Shown here in pieces: positions 48,702-61,490 of a DNA stretch of 64,000 bases (position 1 is the stretch's first letter; every line of letters starts with the position of its first letter). The DNA is taken from positions 19,862,101-19,926,100 of the forward strand of contig NC_092677.1 in assembly GCF_964355755.1 (NCBI RefSeq), read 5' to 3'. Below the pieces are notes generated by a model. That model saw only the letters and a list, made by a program, of their open reading frames with translations, had not been told where the DNA came from and ran no database searches. A program made the translations under genes and the position numbers. The DNA is from Antedon mediterranea (lineage: Eukaryota > Animalia > Echinodermata).

Positions 48702-51700
48702 CTGTAAAGAAAAAAAATGATTTGGTAAAGTTTTTACAATGTTAATTACAGGTGTCTACTTCTCTCCTCTAATGATCTCACCCAACATAATCAGAAAGCT
48801 GGTGACAATCCTCAAATCAATAGTGACTCAATGCTTCACGGATCTAGAACACGCACATTTGGCACCTCTATTTAAATGTCAACTTAAAACTTTTCTTTTT
48901 AATTAATAATACTAGTATTGTTAGATGCTCTGTTCTTTACATAGATTGATAGACAGAAAACCCCGATTAAAAAATGATGTCTACAAAAAATGTTTTGTAA
49001 TCTAAAAATTATTTCAGATGCCAAAGCAGGATTGTTTATTGTCTATCTATGAAATCTATATACAGTATGAAAAAGCCTGTCTTCCTATGAGAAAAAAAAA
49101 AAAACTATAATAAAACTGTTCATAGATGACATTGCACTGAATAGCCAAGTTAACTTACGTAGTTGACGGTGGAAAACAGTTGTTACCGACCTGTCCCATC
49201 GACATTGAAAGAAGTTAACTCCAGCTGGTGTTATAATATCCTGGTACCTTTTGTAGAACTCCAGTGTACTGAATGTTCGTGAATGTGAATTACAACTGTG
49301 AAATACAATTTATAAAAATACAGTACATGTTGGAAAATTTAAGCAATCTAACAACAGAATGCTGAGCTCGCCTTGCCAAGATAGGAACTTTTAACAGTCT
49401 TTGATCGGCTGCGACAAATTCATATTACTAGGTAGGTAAGGTTTTTCGTTTTGTTTAACTTGTTGACAATGTTGGCATTAACTTGCACAAACCAGTTATT
49501 GTGTAGACTAGCTTTAATGTTTTGTTTCCCTAACTAATAACTTCTTATACACTACCGCAAATTTTTAATAGTAGGTAGTACTGTAGGTCCCAAATATGTA
49601 CATTATTCTCCAGTTTCTATAACCAAACATTTGAGGAAGCCAATTGGGCAACCGAAAATCAGTCAAATGTTTGAGGAGCATGGAAGTGATCGTGCCATTA
49701 CCACAGATGAAACCTTTGATCTAACAGAGCTTAGAATACTGTTGTTAGATTGCATTGGTTCAAAGTTGTATGTCTATTATGTATTTTTGTTCCTATCAAA
49801 GTTAGTATCTTAGTCATCTTTTAGCTTTGTTTATTAATTAAACGTTAATTTATGTTATTTTTTTGCCTTGCTAAACATACACAGAAAGCATTACAAAATA
49901 ATAGTAGTACCTATGAAACAAAGTCTTACCATGGTAGTTGCATTTGTTCTGATAAATCAAATTTTCCTTCTTGTTTGAATAGTACATACACAAAGCGGTG
50001 GTAACCTGTCCCCTTAGGTGGAAATGGTTGAAGATAATCATAAATAACTTGACCATTATTTACAGACTCACCAGGTACATTTGTTCTATAATTAAAAAAA
50101 TGATATAGTCATTTTGTTTTGAATAGCTGTACTTACATACGATGACGATTTTTAGATATATTCTTTATCTACTAAGTAAAAAAATATTTGTTTTCATGTT
50201 TTATAAAATACCACAAAACACAGAAAAACATTTGCGATTTAATACTTTGTTGAAACTTTCATTGTCATAGTCGAAATAGGAAATTACATGTAACGATACA
50301 CTCACTACAACATACCTACAGTATTAAATAATACAAACATTGAGAAGCAACTGTCTGCCAGTAATAAAGTTTATTTGTATGTGTATACTCACAGTAAGAC
50401 ATTTTTGCTCAAATGGTGACCAAAAAATGTATTTTCAAAATGTGTTATACACTGCTTATTGCAATACTATATCTACTATCTAAAGGCTTTAAGTTTATCC
50501 CCCAAGTGTCCATAAATTTACCTACTTGTGTTTATACCAAATAATTATACTGGGAGACTGAGAGATTGGAATGTTCCATTCATCGCCAATCAATACGTTT
50601 GTAAACGTATACTAAATCTATTAAAATAGTATTTTTTAAAGGAATTTGGTTTGTCTTCAACATTATGATGCTGTATTCGAGCTGTTTGACCGGTTTTCAG
50701 CTATTAAAAACAATTATCGTTGTTCAAGGAGATTGGTAAACACAACTTAATTAGTAAACAGGGTTACATCTGGTGGTTAAAATCAGTACCGAAACTATGA
50801 ACCAACTTTATATACCATCAAGTAAAAATTTCAGAACTAATACGTGATTTACCCAATTTTGCCCTTAAATTTATATACAGTATAGATAACTATATAAAAT
50901 GGAATCATTACATATAATCTCATTAAATGTCAGAGGAATAACTTTCAAGACAAACAAAATGCAATATTTAATTTGGCAAATGATAGTTGGTACACACTTT
51001 AGTAGATGCGTATCCATAGTAATAATAACAATTTAAATTTGGTTGTTATAACAAGTTGATTGACTATATACTTTGGTTGATGTTAATACTCCAAATCTAT
51101 ATATAAATTTACGTAAGGGCAAAATTCGGTAAATCGCGCCTTACTTCTAGAATTTTTACTCGATGGTACGGTATATAAAGTTGGTTCGTACTTTCGGTAC
51201 TGATTTTAACCACCTGATGTAACCCTGTTTACTAATTAAATTATGTTAGATAATTAGTTATTGACGATTAAAACGAATTTAGGTTCAACGATTTGCCCCA
51301 AATAGGGGTGTTTTCCGATCGTGGTATACACTGTCTAATGGATGTCCATCTTGAAAAATACCCGCCACAAAAATGCGAGGAGGCTTCGCATTTTCCTATC
51401 TCCTCCTACGATAATTGTTTTTAATAGCTGAAAACCGGTTGAACAGCTAGAGTACAGCATCATAATGTTGAAGACAGGCCGATTTTCTTTAAAAAATACT
51501 ATTTTGATAGATTTAATATACGATTATACAAATGTATTGATTTGCGATGAATGGAACATCCCAATCTTTCAGTCTGCCAGAGTTTGGTTTAACAGAAGTA
51601 GGTAAATTTATGAGCCCTTGGTTTAACACTTACGGTAGGTAAATATAATAATGGGCCCTTTGAGAATAAACTTGCAATACTTTGACAATACTGAATACCT

Positions 51701-54700
51701 ATTAACTGTTTTCGGTCCTCATTTGAATCGAGCATTTCTTACTGTGAATGTTCGTACTGTTAGATGTAATATAAAAATATATAAAAATAAACTTTATTAC
51801 TGAGATTGTGGATAGGCTCTACTGTTAGATATACAAATAAACTTTATACTGACAGTTCCTTCTCAACGTTTGTATTAATTAATAATTACCAATAATATAA
51901 ACTTCGTAGTGGTGTATCGTGACATGTACTTTAATATTTCAATCGATTATGACAGTGACAGTTTTAACAAAGTATTAAATCGCAAATTTTTTACTGTATT
52001 TAGAGGTATATTATTTATAGGCCTATAAAACATGAAAAAAATATTTCGTTACTGAGTGGATAAAGAATATATTTAAAAATTGTTCCTCTTTGTACCTATC
52101 CGCTTTCCCATCCCTCAACCCTATTACATACAAAACACAAATTCAAAAATTTTGACTCATTTTGTGGTAAGTTTCTCCTTCGGAAGTAATTCCCAGGGTG
52201 CTAATTTTAGTTGACTACATAAATCATCGTGTCTATTTATTCGTTTCTGTAAACGACAATGTATTATAGTCCTGCGGTACGTACATTTGAAATCGCCAGT
52301 TTTGTTACGCTGAAATTACTGTGTATTCGAGAACCATCTTTGGGTACCATCTAGTAATACTAAGAAAAAGAGTACCTTCTTTAGAAAAATAGAAAGCAAA
52401 GATTCTTCACGAGTAGACTTAATTTGTTTGTATTGCTTTATGGACATCGGTATAATAGGCCAAATATTTTAACCAAAACTTTTATATATAATCTTGTGAA
52501 TTTTCTACTATAGATTCTAAAATAATTGGTGAAGATATGAATGATATGTTTTAAACAATGATCTAGACCAAAAAGATATTTCAAGCTATACTCTTAACCT
52601 CAATATTAAGAAACTAAACTTAGTAGATATCTGGAGACATCTTTCCAAAAAAAATTCATTTTACATGGAGAATGTAAACGACTTTTATAATATAGTCCAA
52701 GAGCATTAGGGTTTGACCCGGACATTTCTCGTAACAAGTAAATTTGTTCAGAAAAGGTCCAGACCTATGTTTGGAACATCATACTAAAGTCCTGAAAAAT
52801 CCTCCTTTTGCTCTCCGAGAAATCAAAGATGTTGTCCAAAATGGCTGCCATTTTAATTAGTGTATAACTTTGTAACCGCTTGTGAGTATTGATTTTAGGG
52901 TCAAATATTTCACAATATATACATTCCTATTTGCTCTAACAGAAATTTTTCAACAAATGGCTGCTACTGCAGTTTCTGGCAGTTTGACCTTTGACCTGGT
53001 CTTATCATATATCGGTAATGGCTTGTCAAAGAGAATTGTGATTAGGCTCAAAATGTTAAAAACATGCTTATTTTTATTTGGTGTAATGAAATATTTTATC
53101 CCAAAATGACCGGAAGTGAGGTTATTGACCTCTTATTGATAATGGACTATTATTACAAAATATAGCTAAACATATACAAAAATTTGAGGGGTTTTCTTTT
53201 TTATATTTATGCAATTGTCAATAAAAGTTTGCTTATTTAATAAACACAAAGTATGGTTATTTGTTATTCATTTTTATTTTAAGAAATATGATTCTTCACG
53301 AGTAGACAAATTTGTTTGTATTGCTTGATGGACATCAGTTTATAGGCCAAATATTTTAACCAAAACTTTTATATATAATCTAATATAGATTGACCATGTG
53401 TACTAAACGTCAACAATACTGAGAAACTAATGAATATTCAAAAGCCAAAAAAAAAAAAGACTTCTTTCAAGAATCACCATCCCATACTGTCTATAAATAA
53501 AAACATGGTGCTTACACAAGCCAATGAAGAACTTCAGTGTCAGGTTTATGAAGATTACCATCAGGGTTTGTAAGTAATATTGTCCACCAATCATCATCAT
53601 TGCTTTCATATGAAATACTTGGACTTTCTTTAGTCTGTGTAACAAAAATGAATAAATTCTTAAAATTAATAAATTCTTAAATCAGTGCTTGCAGAATTGC
53701 CTGCCCGACGTCCCAGGCATTTAGAATTTCTTCACCCAGAATTCAGTTTCTTCAAGCAGAGCCTGTTCCGACTTTACAATTTTCACATGTAATGGTCGCG
53801 AAAATTATAAGAAAATGATGCCTTATTCAAATCTTTCAAATGTTGCAATTCATGTGTGTATGAAAAATATATCCTGTAAAGCCCAAAATGTGCGTGCGCC
53901 CTTTAAAATAAAGGGCATGATGTTGTTTAGAGTCGATCAGGCCTAGCCTAGTCTTAGTTACAGTATCTAGGTAGGCCTATTATTATTACTTTCTTGGCCT
54001 AGGTCCCTAGGCTATATATATAATATGGACAAAATGAATAAAATAGTTAACTTTGAATTGTGTATTCTTATTTATATTGTTTGTTGAGATGTTTTAAAAC
54101 ATTGAAATAAATTACAACCGACCGAAAATGCTACTCCCTACTCAGCCTGCGCCTTATTCAAAACAATGAAATTCCTAAGGGATATGTGCCTTGCACTTAT
54201 GAGTGGTATGTGCGCTATAAAAATCCTGTTATTGTATATTGTAAGAAGCATGGCGCCCTGGAGGATTGATCGCTAAAATAATATTCGAATTGGAATAAAA
54301 AATCTTACGACATTTCATAGGTAATTTTTTATTAATTGTATACTACTTGCTTGAAGAGTCTAGTGGTTGAGCGGTTAAGGCCGCAAACCATAGCTGTACA
54401 ATCGGCACCGGTTCAAGTCACTCCTCGACCATTGTTCTATTGGTAGAACAAGTCTTCTTGGATAAAACTGGAGGTCCAGTGTACACATCTGGCTTGTGTG
54501 CACTTTAATGAACCCAGTACATCTTTCAGGAAGAGTAGGGGGTTACCCCGGTGTATTGGTCCATTCAGCCCCTGTTGCTGTGGACAGACGAACGGGCACC
54601 GGTTGGTAAGTAGGGGAGTAGAAAGTTACTGTATGGTATGTGTCATCCACACCTGTGCACAATTCAGCCCAGTAGGCTGCAAGTCGTAGGTTATTCTCCC

Positions 54701-57700
54701 ATTTAAATTTACATCCATTAAAGCATTTAATATGCTGTATGTGTCACTAGCTGATGATCCAACTGATGTCGTTCGTTGTTTGGTAGAGTACATTAAATTT
54801 AGGGGGGTTTTCATTATCTAAAAGCCTATTAAACACGTGCCTCAACCACTGTGTAGCCAAAACGTTTATTTATTTACATCCCTAAATTTAAAATCGCGTA
54901 TTCAGTCATTTTACTGACGATAATTCAATTGTTTGACATTCATCGCAGAGGCGAAATACATTTGCCAATTTGGTTGGCCAAATTGTAGAAGACGAAAAAA
55001 AAAACTTGAATAGTGAAAATAAAAGGTTGCGAATTAGTTGAAAATGTTAAATCGCAAAAATTTGTGCCGCAAAATGTTGCCCTTTTAGTCCAGTCAAAAA
55101 TCACCCTCACCATGGTATAAGAACGTACCCTAATAAAATTTCATCCGTAGGTTCTATGTATATAGGTATTAATATTTCTTGATGTTGCGTCTTGCAAAGC
55201 TTGGGATTTTACGAGAAAATTAGACTTTTATACCCAATTTATAACCGCCTCATGTCGTATTATTGTGTACAGCGAATGCGACGAAGCGTGACTGAAATTA
55301 CGAGACGCCGTTAGCGCCCGTTGAAAAATGCATTAACAAAGCTAAAAACCTACAAAATTAATAGTTTATACAATAATTTAAATATAGTTTACAATAAATT
55401 GTATAATAAAATACATAACATATAAAGAAAACCCAATTATAAACTAAAATATTTACAGATATGTGTTTAAAAATGTACAAATCAAAATGGCCTTTCATAA
55501 AATAAAGTGCGCCCTCACGCGTCATACTTTTATCGGACTTGTATGGATGATTATATACAAGGCATTAATATACGAAACCCGATGCGGTTTGTTAGTTATT
55601 GCCTCTGCAAGAGGCAGAAAATTATTATTATATTTTCACAAATATATTTCTAGTTTTTATCATGGAAAAAAAGGATTGTATATATTTAAACACATTACAA
55701 CCTCCAGTCTACCATCATGATGGATTAAGTGAAGCGCCGTATTGTATCTGCTAAAGCGTAATGATCTCCTATAGTTATCTGGTTAGCCTATATTCTGGAC
55801 ATTCTTTTTTCACAGCATTACTTGCGCGGATATCACAATGCATAGTTTATTCACGATTATAGTCAATGTTAACTTGAGTAAGAATCATTTTTAAATGATA
55901 GTCCATTTCGCGTATACAATATAATAAGGATTTAAATTAATAAAGTCGTCTGAAATATTTTCTCATTGCCGGCCCGGTTATCCGCAACAATGTTAATCCT
56001 TGTGATTGTTAGTTTTGTTTAAGTTTCTTTGAATTGTTTATTGGCATCCATATCGTATGATGTGTGAGACAATTTCGTGTTTTAGAAAATGTAATCCTGC
56101 CACCGAAGATTCTTTATGTTCGAAGACGTCTGACGGATAACTGTTTTATTCTTTTACATTTAATTAATTAATTAATCTTCATCTTCACTTGAGCTAGGAA
56201 AATAGCCTACATCTTTGAGGTTTAAAACGTCATTTATAAGCATTTGAATAAGCCAACAAATTAAGCTAATGTTTTCTCCCAAGCTTTTTAAATATCATTT
56301 AAATGCATTAAAATGCGTCGAACTCGGCGGATAACAATATTTGAAATAAAAATGCATAGAAAACTTTTGTTCTGGACTTTACTTTTTCGTTTCAAGTGAG
56401 AACTTTCAGGTCGTGGAGGTGAATTGATTGTTTATGACATGCTTTTTTGTATAAAATGTCCAATAATAATTATCATTGTAGGACTACTCTCCACCAAAAA
56501 ACTTTATATTAGAAAGTATTTAATACGTCACGTCTTAAAAAAGGAGAATTGGGTAATACAGTATGTAGTTTCTCGCGAATCTTACATCACACTCCAACAT
56601 TCTCACTCTCTTTTATTTAGTGGAAAAACACTTTACCTTTAGAATGCTTTGAATTCTGGAAGACGACTTCGAACTTAAAGAATCATCATGAATGACGTTT
56701 ATTGGCTCAAACTTCACACATCGGTACGATGTGAAGGCCAGACGGATTCAGAGAGGATCAAACCGACTCCTCCTCCCCATTGGCAGTGGGCAGCGGTGGG
56801 TGGCGGCGGGTGAAAGGGGAAAATGAAAAATGTTGATTCAGACGAATGCCAACCAGCCCCTTTGATACGCTCTTAATAATTGTTGGAAAGTGAAAGTAGG
56901 TCTACTTGAGGTAGTATCTTTTGTATAGGCCTACGCGAAATGGATTATCCTTAAATAATTGGTTCTTACTCTAATTAAGATTATAATCGCGAATGATAGT
57001 TCAAAATATGCAATGCATTGTGATATCCACGCAAGTAGGCCTAATGCTGTGGAAAAAAAGAATGTCCAAAATAAAACCAGCAGAACTAACTATCATTACG
57101 CTTCAGCAGATATACAAATATACACTTAATCCATCATGATGGTATACTGGAGGTTGTAATGTGTTTAAATATATATAATCCGTTTTTCCATGATAAAAAA
57201 TATAAATAAATTTGTAAAAATAAAATATTCTGCCTCTTGCGTAAAAAAAGGCAATAACTAACAAACCGCATCGGGTTTCGTATATTAATGCCGTGTACTG
57301 TGTAACCATCCGGCCATACAAGTCCGACAAAAGTATGACAAAAACCGCATCGGGTTTCGTATATTAATGCCTTGTATATAATCATCCATACAAGTCCGGT
57401 AAAAGTATGACACGTGAGGGCGCACTTTATTTTATGAAAGGCCATTTTGATTTGTACATTTTTAAACACATATCTGTAAATATTTTAGTTTATAATTGGG
57501 TTTTCTTTATATGTTATGTATTTTATTATACAATTTATTGTAAACTATATTTAAATTATTGTATAAACTATTAATTTTGTAGGTTTTTAGCTTTGTTAAT
57601 GCATTTTTCAACGGGTGCTAACAGCGTCTCGTAATTTCAGTCACGCTTCGTCGCATTCGCTGTACACAATAATACGACATGAGGCGGTTATAAATTTGGT

Positions 57701-60315
57701 ATAAAAGTCTAATTTTCTCGTAAAATCCCAAGTTTTGCAAGACGCAACATCAAGAAATGTTATTACCTATATACATAGAACCTACGGATGAAATTTTATT
57801 AGGGTACGTTCTTATACCATGGTGAGGGTGATTTTTGACTGGACTATTTTCAGTAATTATTTGCCACCCTGAGCTACAGTGTGCTCACTCAAAAATTAGC
57901 TAGTATCAACATGTAAGCACAAAAAAAAATATCTAACTATTGGTTATTCGCACTTGGTGGATAACCCCTTGTTATTTGTCAGGAACTTTTTATTTTTCTT
58001 ATTCTTATTTCTTATGCACAAATGTTTTTTATCAAGCTGAAGTTTATTTTAATTTTTTTATGCTGTCGGAAGTTCAGCAACATTATTCACGATATCACCT
58101 TAAACACTTTGGTGTCAATCAAGGAAAGTTTGAAAAGCTCTCCGAAAAAGCAGCAGCTGATATAAACTACTTGAACAATTGTAAATATAGTTTTTTTTTA
58201 AAGGGCGCAGAAATCCTTTCTGGCTCAAGTATGGTTCAATGAAAAAATGCTTTTTTTTTTGTTTCTAATTTAAATGTTGACAAAGAAGATTGAACCACAT
58301 AACTAATGAGAAGTGAAACAACACAAACCTCAAATGGTGTGACTACATTGCCCCAATATACTGGTATTATACTGTCTTCTTCACCTTTATATCTAATGTT
58401 CATTATAACCCAAGATAAAAATTCTGCTCCATCGAAAAGATCTTTATAGATATTAAAATGCTTAGCAATCTCTCTGATGTGATATGGTCCGGATGCATTC
58501 TTCCATTCTTCTTCGACTTCATTTAATGGTACTAACACTAAAAAAATTAGATAAAACCGTTTAAAAATGTAATTAATTTCTAGTATATCACTGGGGAGTT
58601 GTTGTAAGTAATTATTAGAGAACAACACCATAGATTTTTAGAGATTAATGGCAAAGTTTACATGACTTGTTGTATCTTTCAAACTTTCTGTATTGAAAAT
58701 GGAGTCCACAAAGATTTTAGTCCACAATGTTTAGCATTGCGAGTACAAAAGGTCTGAGGCATAGAATATGTCAAGTAGGGTCCAGGGACCATCAAAAAGC
58801 CTTCTTAAGTTCTCGCTCCTGTACCAATTAAGGGAGGGGTGCTCAAAATACCCCAAAATTTGAATGAATTAGTATAATCGAGTACATAAATGAAACCAAT
58901 GCTAAAATGTTTATTTTTAGGGCCTACAGTAATTGAAGACCCATCAACTCCTGTACCTAGTCTGCTTAAAAGAAAGCCACTAATTCGTGCTAATTAGCCC
59001 TTAAGGGTCAAAGGTGAATATATGTCCCACCTGGACCTAATTAACATAATGAGTACACATATGAAACAAATACTAAAATGTTTATTTTTAGAGTCTAATT
59101 GAAGATCCGTCCTTCTTAAGTGGCAACTCCTGTACCTAGTCCGCTTAAGAAAGTAATTAATTACTGCTAATTAACATTTTAATTAGCATAATGGAGTACA
59201 TCAATAGCACCTTTGACAATACAAAGTATGTTTATCAAACTGACAATTCTTAAAGACTCATTCCCTACAATTTGGGACGTTTTGTAAAAATAATGCATGT
59301 ATTACTTTAAAAACATTAAACCAGGTCATTCCTTGTCTTAAATGTATGTTTTATGGTAGCCTAAGTAGCTCACGGTGAATGTCCTCTCGTGGACGGTCTT
59401 TAGGCCTAGCCTAGCTACTGTAGGCTTAGTTTTGTAGGCCTAGCTGGTAAACATCGGTAACGTACGAACACTGTACGCTAGCTATACTGTAGGCCTATAA
59501 GCCTGATGTTGTATAGTTGCTGCATTGTCTTTCTGTTTTTGCCAGACTTCGTTGAAACCCAATATTTTCGCTGAAATGTATAGGAGTCTTTCATTTGTTT
59601 TGGCCTCACGATCGATCAAAAAGTGGGTAAATACGGATAAAAAAAAATCAATCCGCGTGCAATACATGTTGGGATTTATAGCGGGGTGATAAAATGAATA
59701 GAATCAACTTATTTTTCACATTTTTAACCGCTTAAAGAAAAAAAAAAGTTATCTCAATAGGACCATACAGTATTTATTTTTGCATTAAATGTAGAAATAT
59801 TTCTTACAAAAAACGCTGCTCGCTTATTGAGGTAACAGTTTTAAAGATATATTGTCCCTCTGAAAAATATTTTTTATTTTAAATTTTTTTTTGAATGTGT
59901 CATTTTATTGTCACATAATAGTTATTTTACCTGAAAAAAATGTAATTTAGATAGTAGTCTAATGGTAGGAAATTTGCATATCAAGCAAAAAGTTCCATGT
60001 TTGAATCCTAGTTGGGAGAAGCTTTTTCTCATAATCACAGATTTCTTCATCTTCCTCTTTAACTGTTGTGGTATATCTCTGGGCAATTTTTTCCTATCTA
60101 TTCAATTTATATAAAAACTGTTTTAATTTCAAAAGAAGTTGCAGATTAATTTAATCAAATTTTCTTAAGAAAAAAAATCTTACATTTTCTATGCCTTGCT
60201 AATTGTTCTAAATCTGGAATATTTTTGTTTTTGAGTAATAATTTGCTCTTATGCTGAACTTGAAGGTATCTTGGATGAGGATTATTATGAAGTCCAATGT
60301 CTACTCCTTCTGATA
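48586..60315 (-). CDS. MRPL38: Large ribosomal subunit protein mL38 (MRPL38), 3' part: join of exons 60184-60315, 58329-58537, 53516-53634, 49930-50085, 49159-49295, 48586-48701; 5' exons not found in the window
   Basis: Continuous frame with [112 protein letters not shown]; PEBP fold with mL38-specific termini; all GT-AG. Confidence 0.93.
49159..49295 (-). CDS. MRPL38: MRPL38 exon ([10 protein letters not shown]...[13 protein letters not shown]...HRQL)
   Basis: 137 bp, CAG acceptor, GTAAGT donor. Confidence 0.93.
49930..50085 (-). CDS. MRPL38: MRPL38 exon (TNVPG...[17 protein letters not shown]...)
   Basis: 156 bp, TAG acceptor, GTAAG donor; PEBP GxHR motif. Confidence 0.93.
50145..52083. 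mobile_element. Degenerate ~1.9-kb palindromic foldback element in an MRPL38 intron
   Basis: 50150-50270 is an inverted copy of 51940-52080; 50555-50865 of 51115-51575; a partial arm copy also at ~46575-46915. Confidence 0.7.
53516..53634 (-). CDS. MRPL38: MRPL38 exon (TKESPSISY...NPDGNL...LHWLV)
   Basis: 119 bp, CAG acceptor, GTAAG donor; PEBP DPD-like NPD motif and HW. Confidence 0.93.
54355..54565 (+). mobile_element. Deu/Nin-domain tRNA SINE, older copy
   Basis: TGGTTGAGCGG A-box, GGTTCAAGTC B-box, central domain matches the 20336-20655 copy. Confidence 0.7.
55086..57846. mobile_element. Academ-like non-autonomous element with ~830-bp TIRs
   Basis: TAGTCCAGTCAAAAATCACCC...GGGTGATTTTTGACTGGACTA, 3-bp TTT flanks; outer ~500 bp of the arms near-identical. 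Confidence 0.85.
58329..58537 (-). CDS. MRPL38: MRPL38 exon ([11 protein letters not shown]...GNVVTPFE)
   Basis: 209 bp, TTTTAG acceptor, GTTTGT donor. Confidence 0.93.
59254..59795 (+). mobile_element. TTAA-type Kolobok/Crypton-like element, copy 3 (3' truncated)
   Basis: Collinear with 8651-9230. Confidence 0.7.
59950..60018 (+). pseudogene. Degenerate tRNA-like sequence (SINE head or tRNA pseudogene)
   Basis: TAGTCTAATGGTAGG A-box-like and GTTTGAATCC B-box-like motifs at tRNA spacing. Confidence 0.4.
60184..60315 (-). CDS. MRPL38: MRPL38 exon ([16 protein letters not shown]...ARHRK)
   Basis: 132 bp, TTTCAG acceptor, GTAAG donor, phase 1-1. Confidence 0.85.
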
Positions 60316-60392
60316 CTGAAACAACAACAAACATGAATATGAGGTTACTGTACAATTTGAAAACATTTTATTTTCATATAACCATAAACATG

Positions 60393-61490
60393 ATAACCCT
60401 TCCAGTTTACTGTAGCCCAGTGGGCTAACGAATATTCAGGTGCCCTCTTTGATTAATTAAAATACATCAACAATATAAACAATAACTAACAATCCTCATA
60501 ACTCTTAAAGGTTTATTTTTAAAAGATTACTACTGTCATTGTACAACATTTTTATTAGGTGATCATTTTGTAAAAAAGATCAAAATCTTGAATCCAGAAT
60601 TTAATTCATCACTTGATATTACATGCAAACATAAGATAAGTTCAATGGCCTATTTTTGCACGTAATTTTACCAATATCTTAATTTTTTTGGTACAGCATT
60701 TGATGAAATGCATCAATTATTTTGAAATTAGGCTCAATTCAAAGCTGATGAAGCATACTACACATTGGTTATCATGAAAAGTCATTTGAGTCATTATTAC
60801 ATATTATATGGAAAATAAAGTTATTTTTTCCATTTTTTGGGGTAAAATTGAATTTTTTTATTTTAATTAATAACAACAATTTTTGTAACATACGTTTAAT
60901 TTTTTCAAACAAATTTTAAAAACTGCCCTAGCTATATGGAAATGGATATCAAAAAGAAATTTTGAATTTGCATTACAATTACAGCTTGTATATGTAAAAT
61001 ACTGATTTTACTCATTTTTGGGTAAAAAAAAAAAAAAAATGTTATATGCTATACTTGTGTTAGAATGCTAAATCATACATTATGAAAGCCAATGAGAATG
61101 TTTGTATTCATTGTAATGGGGAGTTTCTGTCATAAACCTATCATAAGTCATCATCAATTTAGAAAATACTGATTTTCATGCATTTTTGGTTAAACATCGC
61201 AAAAAATGCTATCTTGTATAAAACTACTTGTCGTACAACGCCAAATCATACATTATGAAAGTCAATGATAATGTTTATATTCATTGTAATGGGGATTTTT
61301 GTCATAAACCTACCATAAGTCATCATCACTTTAGAAAATACTGATTTTCATTTATTTTTGGTTAAAAATTACGACAAATGCTATCTCCTGGAACTACTTG
61401 TCATAGAACGCTAAATCATACATTAAATAACAGCCAGTGACAATGTTTATATTCATTGTAATGAAGGTTTATGTCATAAAGTCATCCTGT
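60393..61490 (+). mobile_element. piggyBac-like MITE remnant with ~170-bp internal tandem repeats
   Basis: Starts TAACCCTTCC; three related units at ~61000-61480 (AAATCATACATTA...ATTCATTGTAATG...GTCATAAA). Confidence 0.45.

Noticed and set aside
55463-57469. Paired ORFs [11 protein letters not shown] on opposite strands
   Set aside because: Mirror translations of the two TIRs, with no domain and no ATG start
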